Below, in pieces: positions 26,110 through 38,531 of a stretch of DNA of 64,000 nucleotides. The notes under the pieces were generated by a model. The model searched no databases. It was not told the origin of the DNA and saw only the letters and a program-made list of their open reading frames with translations. A program made the translations under genes and the position numbers. The first letter of the stretch is position 1, and each line of letters begins with the position of its first letter. The stretch is from NCBI RefSeq assembly GCF_964213995.1, contig NW_027590581.1:124001-188000 (forward strand). The letters are read 5' to 3'. The DNA comes from Mustelus asterias. Lineage: Eukaryota.

Positions 26110-27760
26110 GTTGAAACGAAGCATGGATGTAAGGGAAGTTGGGGAAATAAATAGTGATGTTTTGAGGTGTATACATATTACAGAGAAGGAGGTGCTGGAA
26201 GTCTTAAAGCGCATCAAGATAGATAAATCCCCGGGACCTGATGAAGTGTATCCCAGGGCATTATGGAAGACTAGGGAGGAAATTGCGGGTCCCCTAGCAG
26301 AGATATTTGTATTATCGATAGTCACAGGCGAGGTGCCTGAAGATTGGAGAGTGGCAAATGTTGTACCTTTGTTTACAAAGGGCTGCAGGAAAAAGGTTGG
26401 GAACTATAGGGCAGTGAGCCTCACATCTGTGGTGTGTAAGTTGTTGGAAGATATTTTGAGAGACAGGATCTACACGCACTTAGAGATGCAACGACTGATT
26501 AGGGGCAGTCAGCATGCCTTTGTGAGTGGAAAATCATGTCTCACAAATTTGATTGAATTTTTCTGAAGGGGTACCAAGGAGGTAAACGAGGGCAATGGAG
26601 TTGGTGTTGTCTACATGGACTTTAGCAAGGCCTTTGACAAAGTGCCGCATGGTAGGTTGTTGCATAAATCTCACGGGATCCAGGGTGAGGTAGCTAAATG
26701 GATTAAAAAATTGGCTTGATGACAGGAGCCGGAGAGTGGTTGTAGAGGCTTGCTTTTCAAACTGGAGGGCTATGACCAGCGGTGTACCTCAAGGATCAGC
26801 GCCGGGTCCACTGTTATTTGTCATTTGTGTTAATGATTAGCATGACATTATAGGAGGCATGGTTAGTAAGTTTGCACGTGACACCAAGATTGGTGTCACA
26901 GTGGACAGTGAAGAATTGCAACAGGATCTTGATTAATTTGGCGAATGGTTTGACGAATGGCAGATGGAATTTAATTTAGCTAAATGTGAGGTGATGCATT
27001 TTCGTAGATTGAACCAGGGCAGGATTCACTCAGTTAATGGTAGGGCGTTGGGGAGAGTTGCAGCACAAAGAGATCAAAGCTCCTTGAAAGTGGAGTCACA
27101 GGTGGACAGAGTGGTGAAGGTATTCAGCATGCTCGGTTTCATTGGTCAGGACATTGAATACAGTAGTTGGGACGGCTTGTTGAAGTTGTACAAGATATTA
27201 GTAAGGCCACACTAGGAACACTGTGTGCAGTTCTGGTCACCCTATTTTGGAAAGACTATTATTAAACTAGAAACAGTGCAGAAAAGATTTGCTGGGATGC
27301 TACCAGGACTTGATGCTTTGTGTTATAAAGAGAGGCTGGATAGACTGTGACTTTTTTCTCTGGAGCGTGCGAGGCTTAGGGGTCATCTTATTGACGTCCA
27401 TAAAATAATGAGTGGCATAGATCAGCTAGATAGTCACTATTTTTTGCCAGATGTGGGGGTGTCTAAAACTAGAGGGCATGGGTTAAAGTGAGAGGGGAGA
27501 GATACAAAGGTGTCCAGAGGGGCATTTGTTTTTCACACAGAGGGTGGTGAGTGTCTGGAACACGCTGATAGAGGTAATAGTAGAGGCGGGTGCAATTTTG
27601 TCTTTTAAAAAGCATTTAGACAGTTACGTGGGTAAGATGGGTATAGAGGGCTATGGGCCAAATGCGTGCAATTGGGACTAGCCTAGGGGTTTAAAAAAAA
27701 GGCGGCATGGACAAGTTGGGCCGAAGGGCCTGCTTCCATGCCATAAACCTCTAAAATCTC
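26110..27760 (+). mobile_element. CR1-type LINE RT region nested in an older LINE
   Basis: KSPGPD.VYPR...GEVPEDWRVANVVPLF.KG....NYR.VSLTSVVCKLLE; YMDFSKAFDKVPH; GVPQGS. Confidence 0.9.
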
Positions 27761-29094
27761 TAAATCTAGAAAGTTAGTCCAAATATCGTGAAAGTCGTTG
27801 ATTTAATGAGGTGAGGCGAGGATGCCTGCCCTTGACATCATCAAAGCACTTGACCGATTATGACATCAAAACGTTCGAGCAAAACAGCAGTTTATGGGGA
27901 TCCGGAGGAAAACATTCCACTGGTTGGAGTCATACCAAACACTGAGGAAGATGGTTGTTGTTTTTGAAAACCAACCATCTCAGTCGCAGGGCATTGCTGA
28001 AGGAACTCCTCAGTATAGTATCCTCGGCCTAATGTTCAGCCTTAATCGCAAGGTCAGACGTGCAATGCTCACTAATCATTCCACAAACATTGCACATTTG
28101 CGACTCCTCAGATGCTGAAGCAGTCGGTCTCCATAAGCGGAAAGACTTAGAAAACCTTCAGGCTTTGGCTGGGAAGTGGAAAGCAACATTCACGCTACAC
28201 AACTGGCTGGCAATTATACTCTCAGGTAAGAGAGATGCCAACGTTCTCCCTTTGACATTAGATGGCATTACGAGCGCTCAAACCCCCACTATCATCATTC
28301 TTGGAATTACTACCGATGGAAAACAACTGGGCAGCAATGTAAATAATATTGCTAAAGAGCAGGTTAGAGGCTGGCAATTGTGTGGCGAGTCACTCACCTT
28401 CTGAATTCCCAAACACTGCATCATCTACAAGGCAAAGGTCAGGAGTGTGATTGAATATTCTCTACTTTCTTGATTCTTGCCCCTGAAGCAACACTCAAAA
28501 AGCTCAATACCACCCAGCAAAAAGCAGCTGGCTCGATGAGTTAACCCATCCAGCACTTCAAACTTTCACTCCCGCATAATAGATGCACAATGCTAGCAGT
28601 GTTCATCATAGACAATTGGTATGGCAGCAACTCATTCCTTCGATAGCACTTTCCAAACCCAGCAACTCTAACACTTGAAAGGACAAGGGCAGCAGACGCC
28701 TGTGAATACAATTACCTGCAAGTTACCACTAAAACCCACACACCATCTTGACTGGGAACTACACCATTTTTATTTCACTTTCATAGGATTAACATTTTGG
28801 AACTACCTTCCGATCATCACTGTGGGTATATTTACTCAGGATGGAACAAAATGAAGAAGGCTCGCCACCATTCCCAAGTGAAATTAGGAATTGGCAAGAA
28901 ATGTGGATTTTACACTGACACCAAAATCCCATTCAATAATCGTAAATATATCAGATCTCTGCTTATACACACCGACCCCCCTCATCCCACACACACTCTG
29001 TTTATATTACACCAGGCCATGTCTCTGGTCACATTACAGCAGGCCCTGTTCCATTGTTTCTATACTCGGCTCAACATCAGTTGTTCATGTCCGG

Positions 29095-29380
29095 GGCGGC
29101 GCGGTGCCTCAGTGGTCAGTACTGCTGCCTCACAGCGCCAATGACCCGGGTTCAATTCTAGCCTCGGGTCACTGCCTCTGTGGAGTTTGCACATTCTCAC
29201 CGTGTCTGCGTGGGTTTCCTCCCACAGTTCAAAAATGTGGCTTCATGTGGATTGGCCATGCTAAATTGTCCCTTAGTGTCAGGGCTGTTAAAAGGGTGAA
29301 TGTTACGGGGATTGGGTCTGTTGTCGGTGCAAGCTCGATTGGCTAAATGGCCTCCTTCTGCGCTGTGGGGATTCTATGAT
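29095..29380 (+). mobile_element. HE1-type SINE
   Basis: gggcggcgcggtgcctcagtggtcagtactgctgcctcacagcgcc...gggattctatg. Confidence 0.85.
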
Positions 29381-31283
29381 TATATCGATTATTTTATGAG
29401 GCCAAGCCCCTATTTAAGTTCATAGTTATGACTGCACCAAACCATGTATCAGGTCATATGGCACGAGGCCGTGTCTGAATTCTTGATGCATTGGAACATT
29501 TATGAAGTGTAGGAAACTGTAACAACATCCTTCTTGTATGACATGTGGTTTGGTTACAGTCAGTGCTCTAATAGGTCATGAGATTCTAAAAAACTTGATC
29601 CTGCTTTTGTCAATTCTGCGCCAGTCTATGTATTTGGCTATTCAGTCTGTGCACTGTCTCTGTTATTTTTGTATTATGTGATCCACCTAACTGTTGCATT
29701 GTCCATGTCTCAGTGTGTACCAGGGCGTATATGGAATGAGCTGCCAGAGGAAATGGTAAAGTCGGGTACAGTTACAAAATATAAAATACATTTGGGCAGG
29801 TACAAGGATAAGAAAGGTTTAGAGGGATATGGACCAAATGCACGCGAATGGGATGTGTTCAGTTGAGGAAACCTAATCGGCATGGAGGAATTGCGCTGAA
29901 GGGTCGGCTTCCGTGCTGTATATCTCTATGAATTTAAGACTCTCGGGATAACTTCCTCTGTACTCTTCCTTCAGAGATTCCCAACGCAGGTTGACATTGG
30001 TGCGAGGTACAGCGTAAATCTCCCTCTGCGCTGTCCAGTCAAACAAACCCAGATCATTTACAGCACAGTTTAGATCCAGAGACAATCTCCCTCTACACAG
30101 TAAATAGCAAACCCTCGCAGGACAGGTACAGTGCAGCTTAGAGTCAGCTATACTTCCTATGTTCTGTCCATTCAAACATAGAAATGGCTGGCACAGCCCG
30201 GGTCAGATACAGGAAATGATCAACGCACATTTTAAAGCACAGCTTCCTCTACGGATTCAATTGATTGAACAGAATCCATTCACTTAGAAGCGCATGAATA
30301 AGGTTAAGGTGATACATCGGCTAAAAGTTAACTTCACATTCTGGACTGAAGACAATGGCGCAGTGTGAAGAGACAATGCACAGAACCAGACAGGAGGAAG
30401 ACACAGAGAAACAGATAAAACACAGGAAATCTCGACATACATATTTGTCGTGTGATTATAGTTCGAAATTAGCGGGACTTTTTCCTAATTCTGATCGTAG
30501 ATATGATCATAGCTTATTTTTTACATATAAGTGACGAAGAAGAAATGTCTAAAAAAATAAAAACTACAGGAATACGTTGATTGATTTGCATGTTTATCTC
30601 TATTTCTGTGCTGTGCAAATGGCGAAATATTTGTTCTTTTTTCAGTCAACAATCTAATCTGGGATTTCTATTTCTGTATTTATTTACATAAACATCTCAC
30701 TGGTTACAGTGAAATGTTCATGGTAGCAAAACCAGATAAACCGCCACCTATTGATTAGCTTCAACTCACAATAGCGATTTATTTTAAGAATATTCACAGG
30801 TGGTTCAAAATGATTAGAAGCTTCTTGAACACCAATTAGACCAGATGCTATTTAATTAAAAATAAAAGATACATTCAACATAAGAATCAGTTCGAAAAGT
30901 CCTGATAATAAATGAAGCATCTGTGAACAGGCTTGTGGGTCCATTGAAAGTCAATTTGATTGGCGATTTAATCTACTTGAACGACACAAGTTAAAGCATC
31001 AGCCAGAGGAGTGACCTTGATTCACATTAATTTCAGAGGTTTCAACATATCAAAAATTAACACTTAAAATGATGACATGTGAAAAGAACTTCCATTTTTA
31101 AAATGCTTTACCCGACCTCATTTCGCCCGAAAGCATTTAAAACTCGCTGATGTACCTTTGCTGAATTTAGTCACAGTCGTGATGTTGGAAATACAGCAGG
31201 TAATCTGTGCACAGCAAGCTCCCACACATCTCTGACCAAATAAATTGTGATTTTTATTGAAGAATACATATTGGCAGAGGATA

Positions 31284-31735
31284 TTTTCATTCTGAGATTC
31301 ATTTTAATAACATCCATACAGATTATAATTGATAGAACAGACTGTTTGATTTACCAAATAAAGCAATGCAATTTACATAAAGTTTAAAGTGGCAATACAA
31401 ATTGATTGTAAGGGATTTCTTCTATTAATTGTTGACAAGGTTTCCACATGGCTATTTTATATGACAAATAAAGTTAATTCTCAACCTATGAAATCCCTTC
31501 CTCCATCTGCCCTCAGTTGATTTTGTCTTCTGGTTTTTCAGCATCATGCTCCGATTTCACCAAGTAAAACCGTTCATTGATGGTCTGACAGTGTCCTTTC
31601 TACAGGCTTTATCCTGAGGGATGGATTGCAGGAGAGCAAGAATTCTGGAGTTCAAAATTCTACACGTCTCTTTAGGAATCTGGGCCACTGAAAGACCCAA
31701 CAACCCAGTCATTTTCTTCAGGATTCCCCTCGGTG
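31284..31735 (-). pseudogene. NDUFA5: Processed pseudogene of NADH:ubiquinone oxidoreductase subunit A5
   Basis: Intronless GILKKMTGLLGLSVAQIPKETCRILNSRILALLQSIPQDKACRKDT/QTINERFYLVKSEHDAEKPEDKIN*GQMEEGIS*VEN*LYLSYKIAMWKPCQQLIEK..NQFVLPL* follows NDUFA5 (LKKTTGLVGLAV...IP..AAYRKYTEQ...GQLEEVI...WK.W..L.E.P..QW.WP); 3'UTR with ATTAAA; stops and frameshifts. Confidence 0.9.
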
Positions 31736-34700
31736 CGTCGAGTTCTGCTCTTTAGAATTACATCAGTGAGATTTTGCATTATATCATCGACCTGAAATGC
31801 GAATCTGTTTCTCTCTCAGCTGATCCCCACTGACCTGCTCAGTATCCATTTTGTTGTTTTTGTTTCAGATTTCAAGAATCTGCAGTATTTTGCTCTGTTT
31901 TATTTATTCTCGGGATGTCAGCATCACTGAAAAATTCACCATTAATTGCCCACCCTGAGAAGGTGGCTGTGAACCAGCTACTGAAAACCTGCCCTGTCAT
32001 CGGTTTTATTCTTGTTTGAATTTCTGCAGCAAATTTGAAAGAATAGAATGGTTTCTTCGGTAGTTAAGAGACAACGACAATGCTTGGTTTGGAGGATATG
32101 ATCTATGAAGAAAAGTTGAACAAAGTTGGATTGTTTTCATTGGAGCGCCGAAGGATGGGAGGAGGAGGGAGTGGGGTGGGGGTGGGTGCGTAACTGATAG
32201 ATGTTTACAAGATTATGAAAGGCTTGGATAGAATGGATCGTCAGAGTCACAAGATGAGAGTGAGAGGGGGTAAGTTTAAAAAAAATGAAAGGGGCAAATT
32301 TTTCACGTGGAGGATGGTGAATGCTTGGAACTGTCTGTAGGAGGAGGCGGTGGAATCAGAATCTAGAACAAAAGTTGAAGAGGTACCCACAGAGATACAT
32401 GAATAAGCGGGGAATAGAGGGATATGGACCATCTAGAGGCAAGAAAATATTTGATTAGGGAGGCATTTGTGTCGGCACAAACTTAGTGGGGTGAAGGGCC
32501 TGTTCCTGTCCTGTATTGTGCTTTGTTCTATTGCATCCACACCATTCTGCTCTGGAGCATTCCACAGGTTCGCTACCCTCTCATATGAAGAAACATTTCT
32601 CACAATAAACATCTCACACTCAAATTTTTGTATTTCAGAAGAGCACTCTGTGGGAAAAACCATTCCTTTAATTTTCCGATTTTTCTCCCACTCATAATCG
32701 TCAGTCCATCTCTCCTTCAATTACTGTGCTAAAAACCAAACTATTTTCATTTCTTTTACACATTGAAATGGGAATGGAGGTGAATGTAATGCTGAGACCG
32801 GCAGCATTCTGTGCCGTTGTTCTCGATGCTGTCAGAGTGAGTTCACCCTCACAGGCAGGAAGTCTGTTCACGGCGATAACATCAAACTGACCACGGCTCT
32901 TTCATTCCCAGGTGACACATCTTCCTGTTCCTCTGTTGCAAACCGTATATCTCACTTCTGAGAAAAAAATAAATCCATGGACCACAATCAGGTGAGAACA
33001 TCTGTCAAGGCGGCCTATATCTGTCTTCAGTCACGGCAGTGTCACATAGGTCACATTGGGGTGACATTTACAGATTAGCTTGTTGTGATCTGTTTAGAGC
33101 TTCCATTCCAGGACATAACTGCATGGTCAGTGGATCAGTCACTGAGCTCCCTTCGTTCTCTGAGGCGAGAAATGAGATCTTGCTAATTTACACATTTTTC
33201 TATCATTTCTCTCTCTCTCTCTGTTACATTCTCTTTTATGGTTCTCAGCTTTTAACTGCCAGCACCCTGTCTCTATTTCTCATTTTAATTTTCCTATCTC
33301 TCCTGGTATCTCTCTTCATCTCCCTGTCAGTCTATATAATTAAAGTTTTCAAAATCATTAAGGTGTGAGTGGCAGGAGTGTCGCTAACCAGTGTGCACAG
33401 GTTATTAGACAGATGACGTTAGAAGAATAATTGTTTACTTTTACACAACGAGTTGACATGAACTGGAATGAGCAGCCTGAAAGGGTGAGGGAATCAGATT
33501 TGACAGTAACTTTCTAAATTGAATTAGATAAACACTTGATGATGTTTAAATTTGATGTCTTGTCGAGAATAGGACTATCTGGATGGTTCGTTTATATCAT
33601 TGTCCAAGCATCATTTCTGTACCAAACGTCAAAAGAGTGATAAGATCACAGGAAGGCGTCCATCGTTGGAAGGAGAAATGTCGAGAGTTTCTCTCTTCTT
33701 CAGCTCTCTCACCCATTCTGAGTCGAAGAAAATAACAGATAAAAGAAACAGAAAGAAATTGAATATAAAGTATCATCGTGAACATTGGCCTTTATTATGT
33801 GGTCAATACTCTGAACTCAGACTTGAACCCAAATCATTCCGAGGAGTCTGTGTGACTGCAGTTAGTCAGTGTCGATCTGGTCTGTTCCCAGTTCCTATTG
33901 CACAATTACAAATGTAACCTGCCACAGACGCTGAAAATCTGAAACCTAAATGTAATGTGCTGAGAAAGACTCAACACGTCACACAGCAGAAGGAAAATAC
34001 GTTTGTTTTTCACATATTCTTATCCTTTGCACCCTTACATTATGGGTTTTGGAGACTGATTCATCATCACCATTTAGTTTAAAACGTTCACTGTTTCTCT
34101 CCTCAGATCCTGTCTGAGACGCAGAGTATTTCCAGAAGTTTGTGTTGTCGCTGTCCTGACACTAGACCCTGTCAGTATGATTGCACTAACTCTTTCCTGA
34201 CCATATTGCAATGGCACTTGGCTCTATTATTAAGAATTAAACAAAGCATTTGTTAGCATATCAATAGGCGCTGTCTCTCACTCACGATTATTTCAAACAG
34301 AACTTTGACTGGGTGCAGCAGAAACTGACTGAGTCATCATCAGAATCGACCCAGTTATGTGTTGAGTAAAATACTGCACATTGCTTCTGTTCAAATTACA
34401 CCAAACACTGCATTTCTTAAACTCAATTAAGTATTGATTTGCTAATTTTATTGCGTGTTATACATTAAGATTGATTGTAATCGTTGCTATAATAGCGCCC
34501 CTGTCATCCACATTCCAATGCTTTAATTCTCCATGGTAATTCTTGGAAACCATTACTCATTCAGTTCGGAATTTTAAAAAACTTTCTCTAATATTGTTGC
34601 ATTTGATACCTCCCAGTTAATATTGTACAAAGTGATCACACAACTAACTGTTTATTCTAATGTTATTTCAGGTCCTGTCCCTCTCATTCCTATCTGGTCC

Positions 34701-35675
34701 ATATTTTGATTCATATTACTCTCACAGCCGATTAATGTTTTCCTTGTATCATCAGCGCATCAACCTATATTTGACCAGATTCTGTCCCTGTCATGACTGC
34801 TGTATTTTTAACCATTGGTGGGATGGTGTGCTTAGGTCCCTAATTGCCCTTGAGAAAGTGTTGATAAGCTGCCTTCTTGAACAGTCCATGTTCTTCAACC
34901 AATATCCCTATTTAATACATAATGCCTGGTCTCTCCTTATGATACACCTGGCTCTGACTCATATTACATTAGATTTTCTAGATCATACAACTTGCAGAAA
35001 GTACAGTCAAAAAAAATAGGGCGATTACCATGGAATTGGTGAAGATAGCGGCTAAAAGCTATAGAAAGAGAAATAGTGAACATTCTCTGAAGAACAGCAG
35101 TTTCAATCCGTTACATTACTTGGATTATGAAGTCTGAGAATTGCAGGTGTATTCATCTCCTGTCAGGTATAGGGACAGGTTAATGTTTGCCATAATTTGC
35201 ACAAATCAGCACACCTTCGAGGTTTATACCAGGGAATTGTGTGAGATGCAGAGATGATCATTTTCTAGTAATATGCTTATCATTCGTGATGTGTTTTAAT
35301 CCATTTTCCAAATGACCTCTGACTTTATCCGGCACTTAATAAACAAGAATACATAACAGAACCATTACCAGCCAATAATTAAGGCATCACATAAACTTCA
35401 ATTCAAATACATGAGCTGTTTAGGAGTTTCATACATTCACGGAAGCCAGATTTAGAAACATAGAAACATAGAAAAACTACAGCACAAACAGGCCCTTCGG
35501 CCCACAAGTTGTGCCGAACACATCCCTACCTTCTAGACCTACCGATGACCCTCCATCCTATTAAGCTCCATGTACTCATCCAGGAGTCTCTTAAAAGACC
35601 CTATTGAGTTCGCCTCTACCACCCCTGATGGCAGCCGATTCCACTCGCCCACCACCCTCTGTGTGAAAAACTTAC

Positions 35676-36687
35676 GATGTGGAGATGCCGGCGTTGGACT
35701 GGGGTAAACACAGTAAGAAGTTTAACAACACCAGGTTAAAGTCCAACAGGTTTATTTGGTAGCAAAAGCCACACAAGCTTTCGAAGCTCTAAGCCCCTTC
35801 TTCAGGTGAGTGGGAATTCTGTTCACAAACAGAGCATATAAAGACACAGACTCAATTTACATGAATAATGGTTGGAATGCGAATACTTACAACTATTCAA
35901 GTCTTTAAGAAACAAAGCAATGGGAGTGGAGAGAGCATCAAGACAGGCTAAAAAGATGTGTATTGTCTCCAGACAAGACAGCCAGTGAAACTCTGCAGGT
36001 CCACGCAACTGTGGGCGTTACAAATAGTGTGACATGAACCCAATATCCCGGTTGAGGCCGTCCTCATGTGTGCGGAACTTGGCTATCAGTTTCTGCTCAG
36101 CGACTCTGCGCTGTCGTGTGTCGCGAAGGCCGCCTTGGAGAACGCTTACCCGAATATCAGAGGCCGAATGCCCGTGACCACTGAAGTGCTCCCCAACAGG
36201 AAGAGAACAGTCTTGCCTGGTGATTGTCGAGCGGTGTTCATTCATCCGTTGTCGCAGCGTCTGCATAGTTTCCCCAATGTACCATGCCTCGGGACATCCT
36301 TTCTTGCAGCGTATCAGGTAGACAACGTTGGCCGAGTTGCAAGAGTATGTACCGTGTACCTGGTGGATGGTGTTCTCACGTGAGATGATGGCATCTGTGT
36401 CGATGATCCGGCACGTCTTGCAGAGGTTGCTGTGGCAGGGTTGTGTGGTGTCTTGGTCACTGTTTTCCTGAAGGCTGGGTAGTTTGCTGCGGACAATGGT
36501 CTGTTTGAGGTTGTGCGGTTGTTTGAAGGCAAGAAGTGGGGGTGTGGGGATGGCCTTGGCGAGATGTTCGTCTTCATCAATGACATGTTGAAGGCTCCGG
36601 AGGAGATGCCGTAGCTTCTCCGCTCCGGGGAAGTACTGGACAACGAAGGGTACTCTGTCCACTGTGTCCCGTGTTTGTCTTCTGAGG
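35676..36687 (-). mobile_element. Penelope-like retroelement, 5'-truncated, open GIY-YIG endonuclease frame; 8-bp TSD
   Basis: ORF to 36018: PCHSNLCKTC...SCNSANVVYLIRCKKGCPEAWYIGET...LRQRMNEH...HF..HGH...E..LI..F.T...GLN; flanked by aaacttac (35668-35675, 36688-36695). Confidence 0.95.
35772..35808 (-). ncRNA. Minimal type-I hammerhead ribozyme motif in the Penelope terminal repeat
   Basis: CAC-CUGAAGA-A-GGGGC(UUAGA)GCUUC-GAAA-GCUU-GUG: catalytic core, helix II, palindromic helix III and helix I CAC/GUG. Confidence 0.75.
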
Positions 36688-37399
36688 AAACTTACCCCTA
36701 ACATCTCCCCTGTACCTACCCCCCAGCACCTTAAACCTGTGTCCTCTCGTAGCAGACATTTCCACCCTGGGAAAAAGCCTCTGAGAGTCCACCCGATCTA
36801 TGCCTCTCAACATCTTATACACCTCTATTAGGTCTCCTCTCATCCTTCGTCTCTCCAAGGAGAAAAGACCGAGCTCCCTCAGCATATCCTCATAAGGCAT
36901 GCCACTCAATCCGAGCAACATCCTTGTAAATCTCCTCTGCACCCTTTCAATCTTTTCCACATCCTTCCTATAGTGAGGCGACCAGAACTGAGCACAGTAC
37001 TCCAAGTGGGGTCGGACGAGGGTCTTATATAGCTGAATCATTATCCACTGACTCCTCAATTCAATCCCTCGATTGATAAAGGCCAGCACACCATACGCCT
37101 TCTTAACCACCTCCCCCACCTGCGGGGCCGATTTCAGAGTCCTATGGACCCGGACCCCAATTTCCTTCTGATCCTCTACCGTACTCAGAGTCTTTCCCTT
37201 TATTTTGTACTCCTTCATTTGTCCTACCAAAATGGACCACGACGCATTTATCTGGGTCGAAGTCCATCTGCCACTTCTCCGCCCAGATGTATGAAGTTTA
37301 TCATTGGGGCAACTGAAAGGAAAATGTGAAAAGAAAAGTGAATTTTCTCCATAGAGGGTTCTGAGAAAATAGAACATTTAAAATAAATAAACAGTCAAA

Positions 37400-38465
37400 T
37401 ATTTAAGACAAGAACTGATGTGATACTTGATAGACATGATCTATTTTAATATGAACTTGGACAGGCTTTTCTGCAGTAATACAGAGACAAGGCCGAGTGC
37501 ACCAATTATTGTGCAGCAACGATATTAATATGGACAGGGACAGGGTCCAGTTTAGTACTTACTGAGAGTGGATCTAGGGTATTAATAATGAGCGTGGTCT
37601 TCTGTAACAGAAATAGAGAGATGTTGCAAGCAGATGTGAAAACGCAAGATCTATTCTAATATACATAAAGACCGATTCTACAGTAATATAAACTGAGTCA
37701 GGTTCTGGTGTAACGTAGACTAAAATAGGCACGACCGGAACATAAACAGAGACATGATATAATGTGATATGAATTGAGATGTCGCCCAGTGGAATGACAA
37801 GTGAGGCAATGATGAGTACAGTAATAATTGAGACACTATTTTTAGAAAGTGAAGAGGGGTCTGGTCTAACGTAATAATAATGGAGAGGAGATCCAGCGTA
37901 ATTAAACTGACACAGGGCCTGGTGTAATTTTATCTGATTCCAGACATTCTGTCATAGAAACTGAGACAAAGCCTGGCGCAGTAATTGTAGACCAAGGCCT
38001 TAGATTAATATCAGCTGTGACAGGGACAGGTGCAGCAATAAAATAAACATGGCATAACACAATAATAACAGTGTTTTGTTATAAACAGGGAGATGGACTG
38101 GTGCAGCGATGATTGAGATGGGATCTAGTTTAGTGTATATGTGGCAGGTTCCAGCAAAGTAGTAACTGAGACAGAGCCTCGTTCAATGCAAACAGTAACA
38201 TGCTCTGGTGCAGTGTCAGAAGAAACAGGGTCTAGTCAGGTAACAAGTTAGACATGGAGTGTTATGATATTAGTTAAGATTTAATTCTATGCTGCCGCAC
38301 ATCAATTGCGGGTTGGTTAAGTATAATAACGATTTTGCCGAGTACAGAAACGACTGAGAACTGCTGTCATATAATCAGAAATATGATTTCCTGTCATATA
38401 AACAGAGACTGTGTCTAATTAAAGGTGAGCAGACACCGAGTCGATTGCAGTAATAATTGAGACAA
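37400..38465 (+). repeat. Degenerate ~27-bp minisatellite array
   Basis: Recurring units such as aactgagtcaggttctggtgtaacgta, aactgacacagggcctggtgtaatttt, aactgagacaaagcctggcgcagtaat. Confidence 0.7.
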
Positions 38466-38497
38466 TCTCTGTTTCATCGAACATCAGCAATCAGTTC

Positions 38498-38531
38498 CAC
38501 TGCCATCTAATGGACACAGTTTGCTATTGCA
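38498..38531 (-). promoter_or_regulatory. Candidate CTCF site with upstream motif
   Basis: TGCAATAGC-N6-TGTCCATTAGATGGCAGTG resembles the CTCF core plus upstream motif at the expected spacing. Confidence 0.45.

Larger units (their letters stand above)
20170..31990 (+). repeat. Segmental duplication copy B (expanded by later TE and retrocopy insertions)
   Basis: See copy A; carries extra CR1, Penelope, SINE and NDUFA5 retrocopy insertions. Confidence 0.8.
35455..37285 (-). mobile_element. CR1-type LINE 3' fragment (young), split by a Penelope insertion
   Basis: ORF 36577-37377 includes an open RT C-terminus; the LINE 3' end continues at 35455-35675 with an (atgtttct)n tail. Confidence 0.9.

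Noticed and set aside
32780-33160. Possible small exons (ttcccag...aatcag|gtgaga)
   Set aside because: In-frame stop in the phase examined and no recognisable homology; insufficient support.
36577-37377. 266-aa ORF as a fused RT-Penelope protein
   Set aside because: Chance read-through from the CR1 RT C-terminus across the insertion junction into an alternative Penelope frame.
37400-38465. CRISPR-like array
   Set aside because: Eukaryotic context; units are adjacent and degenerate, with no constant repeat/unique spacer structure.
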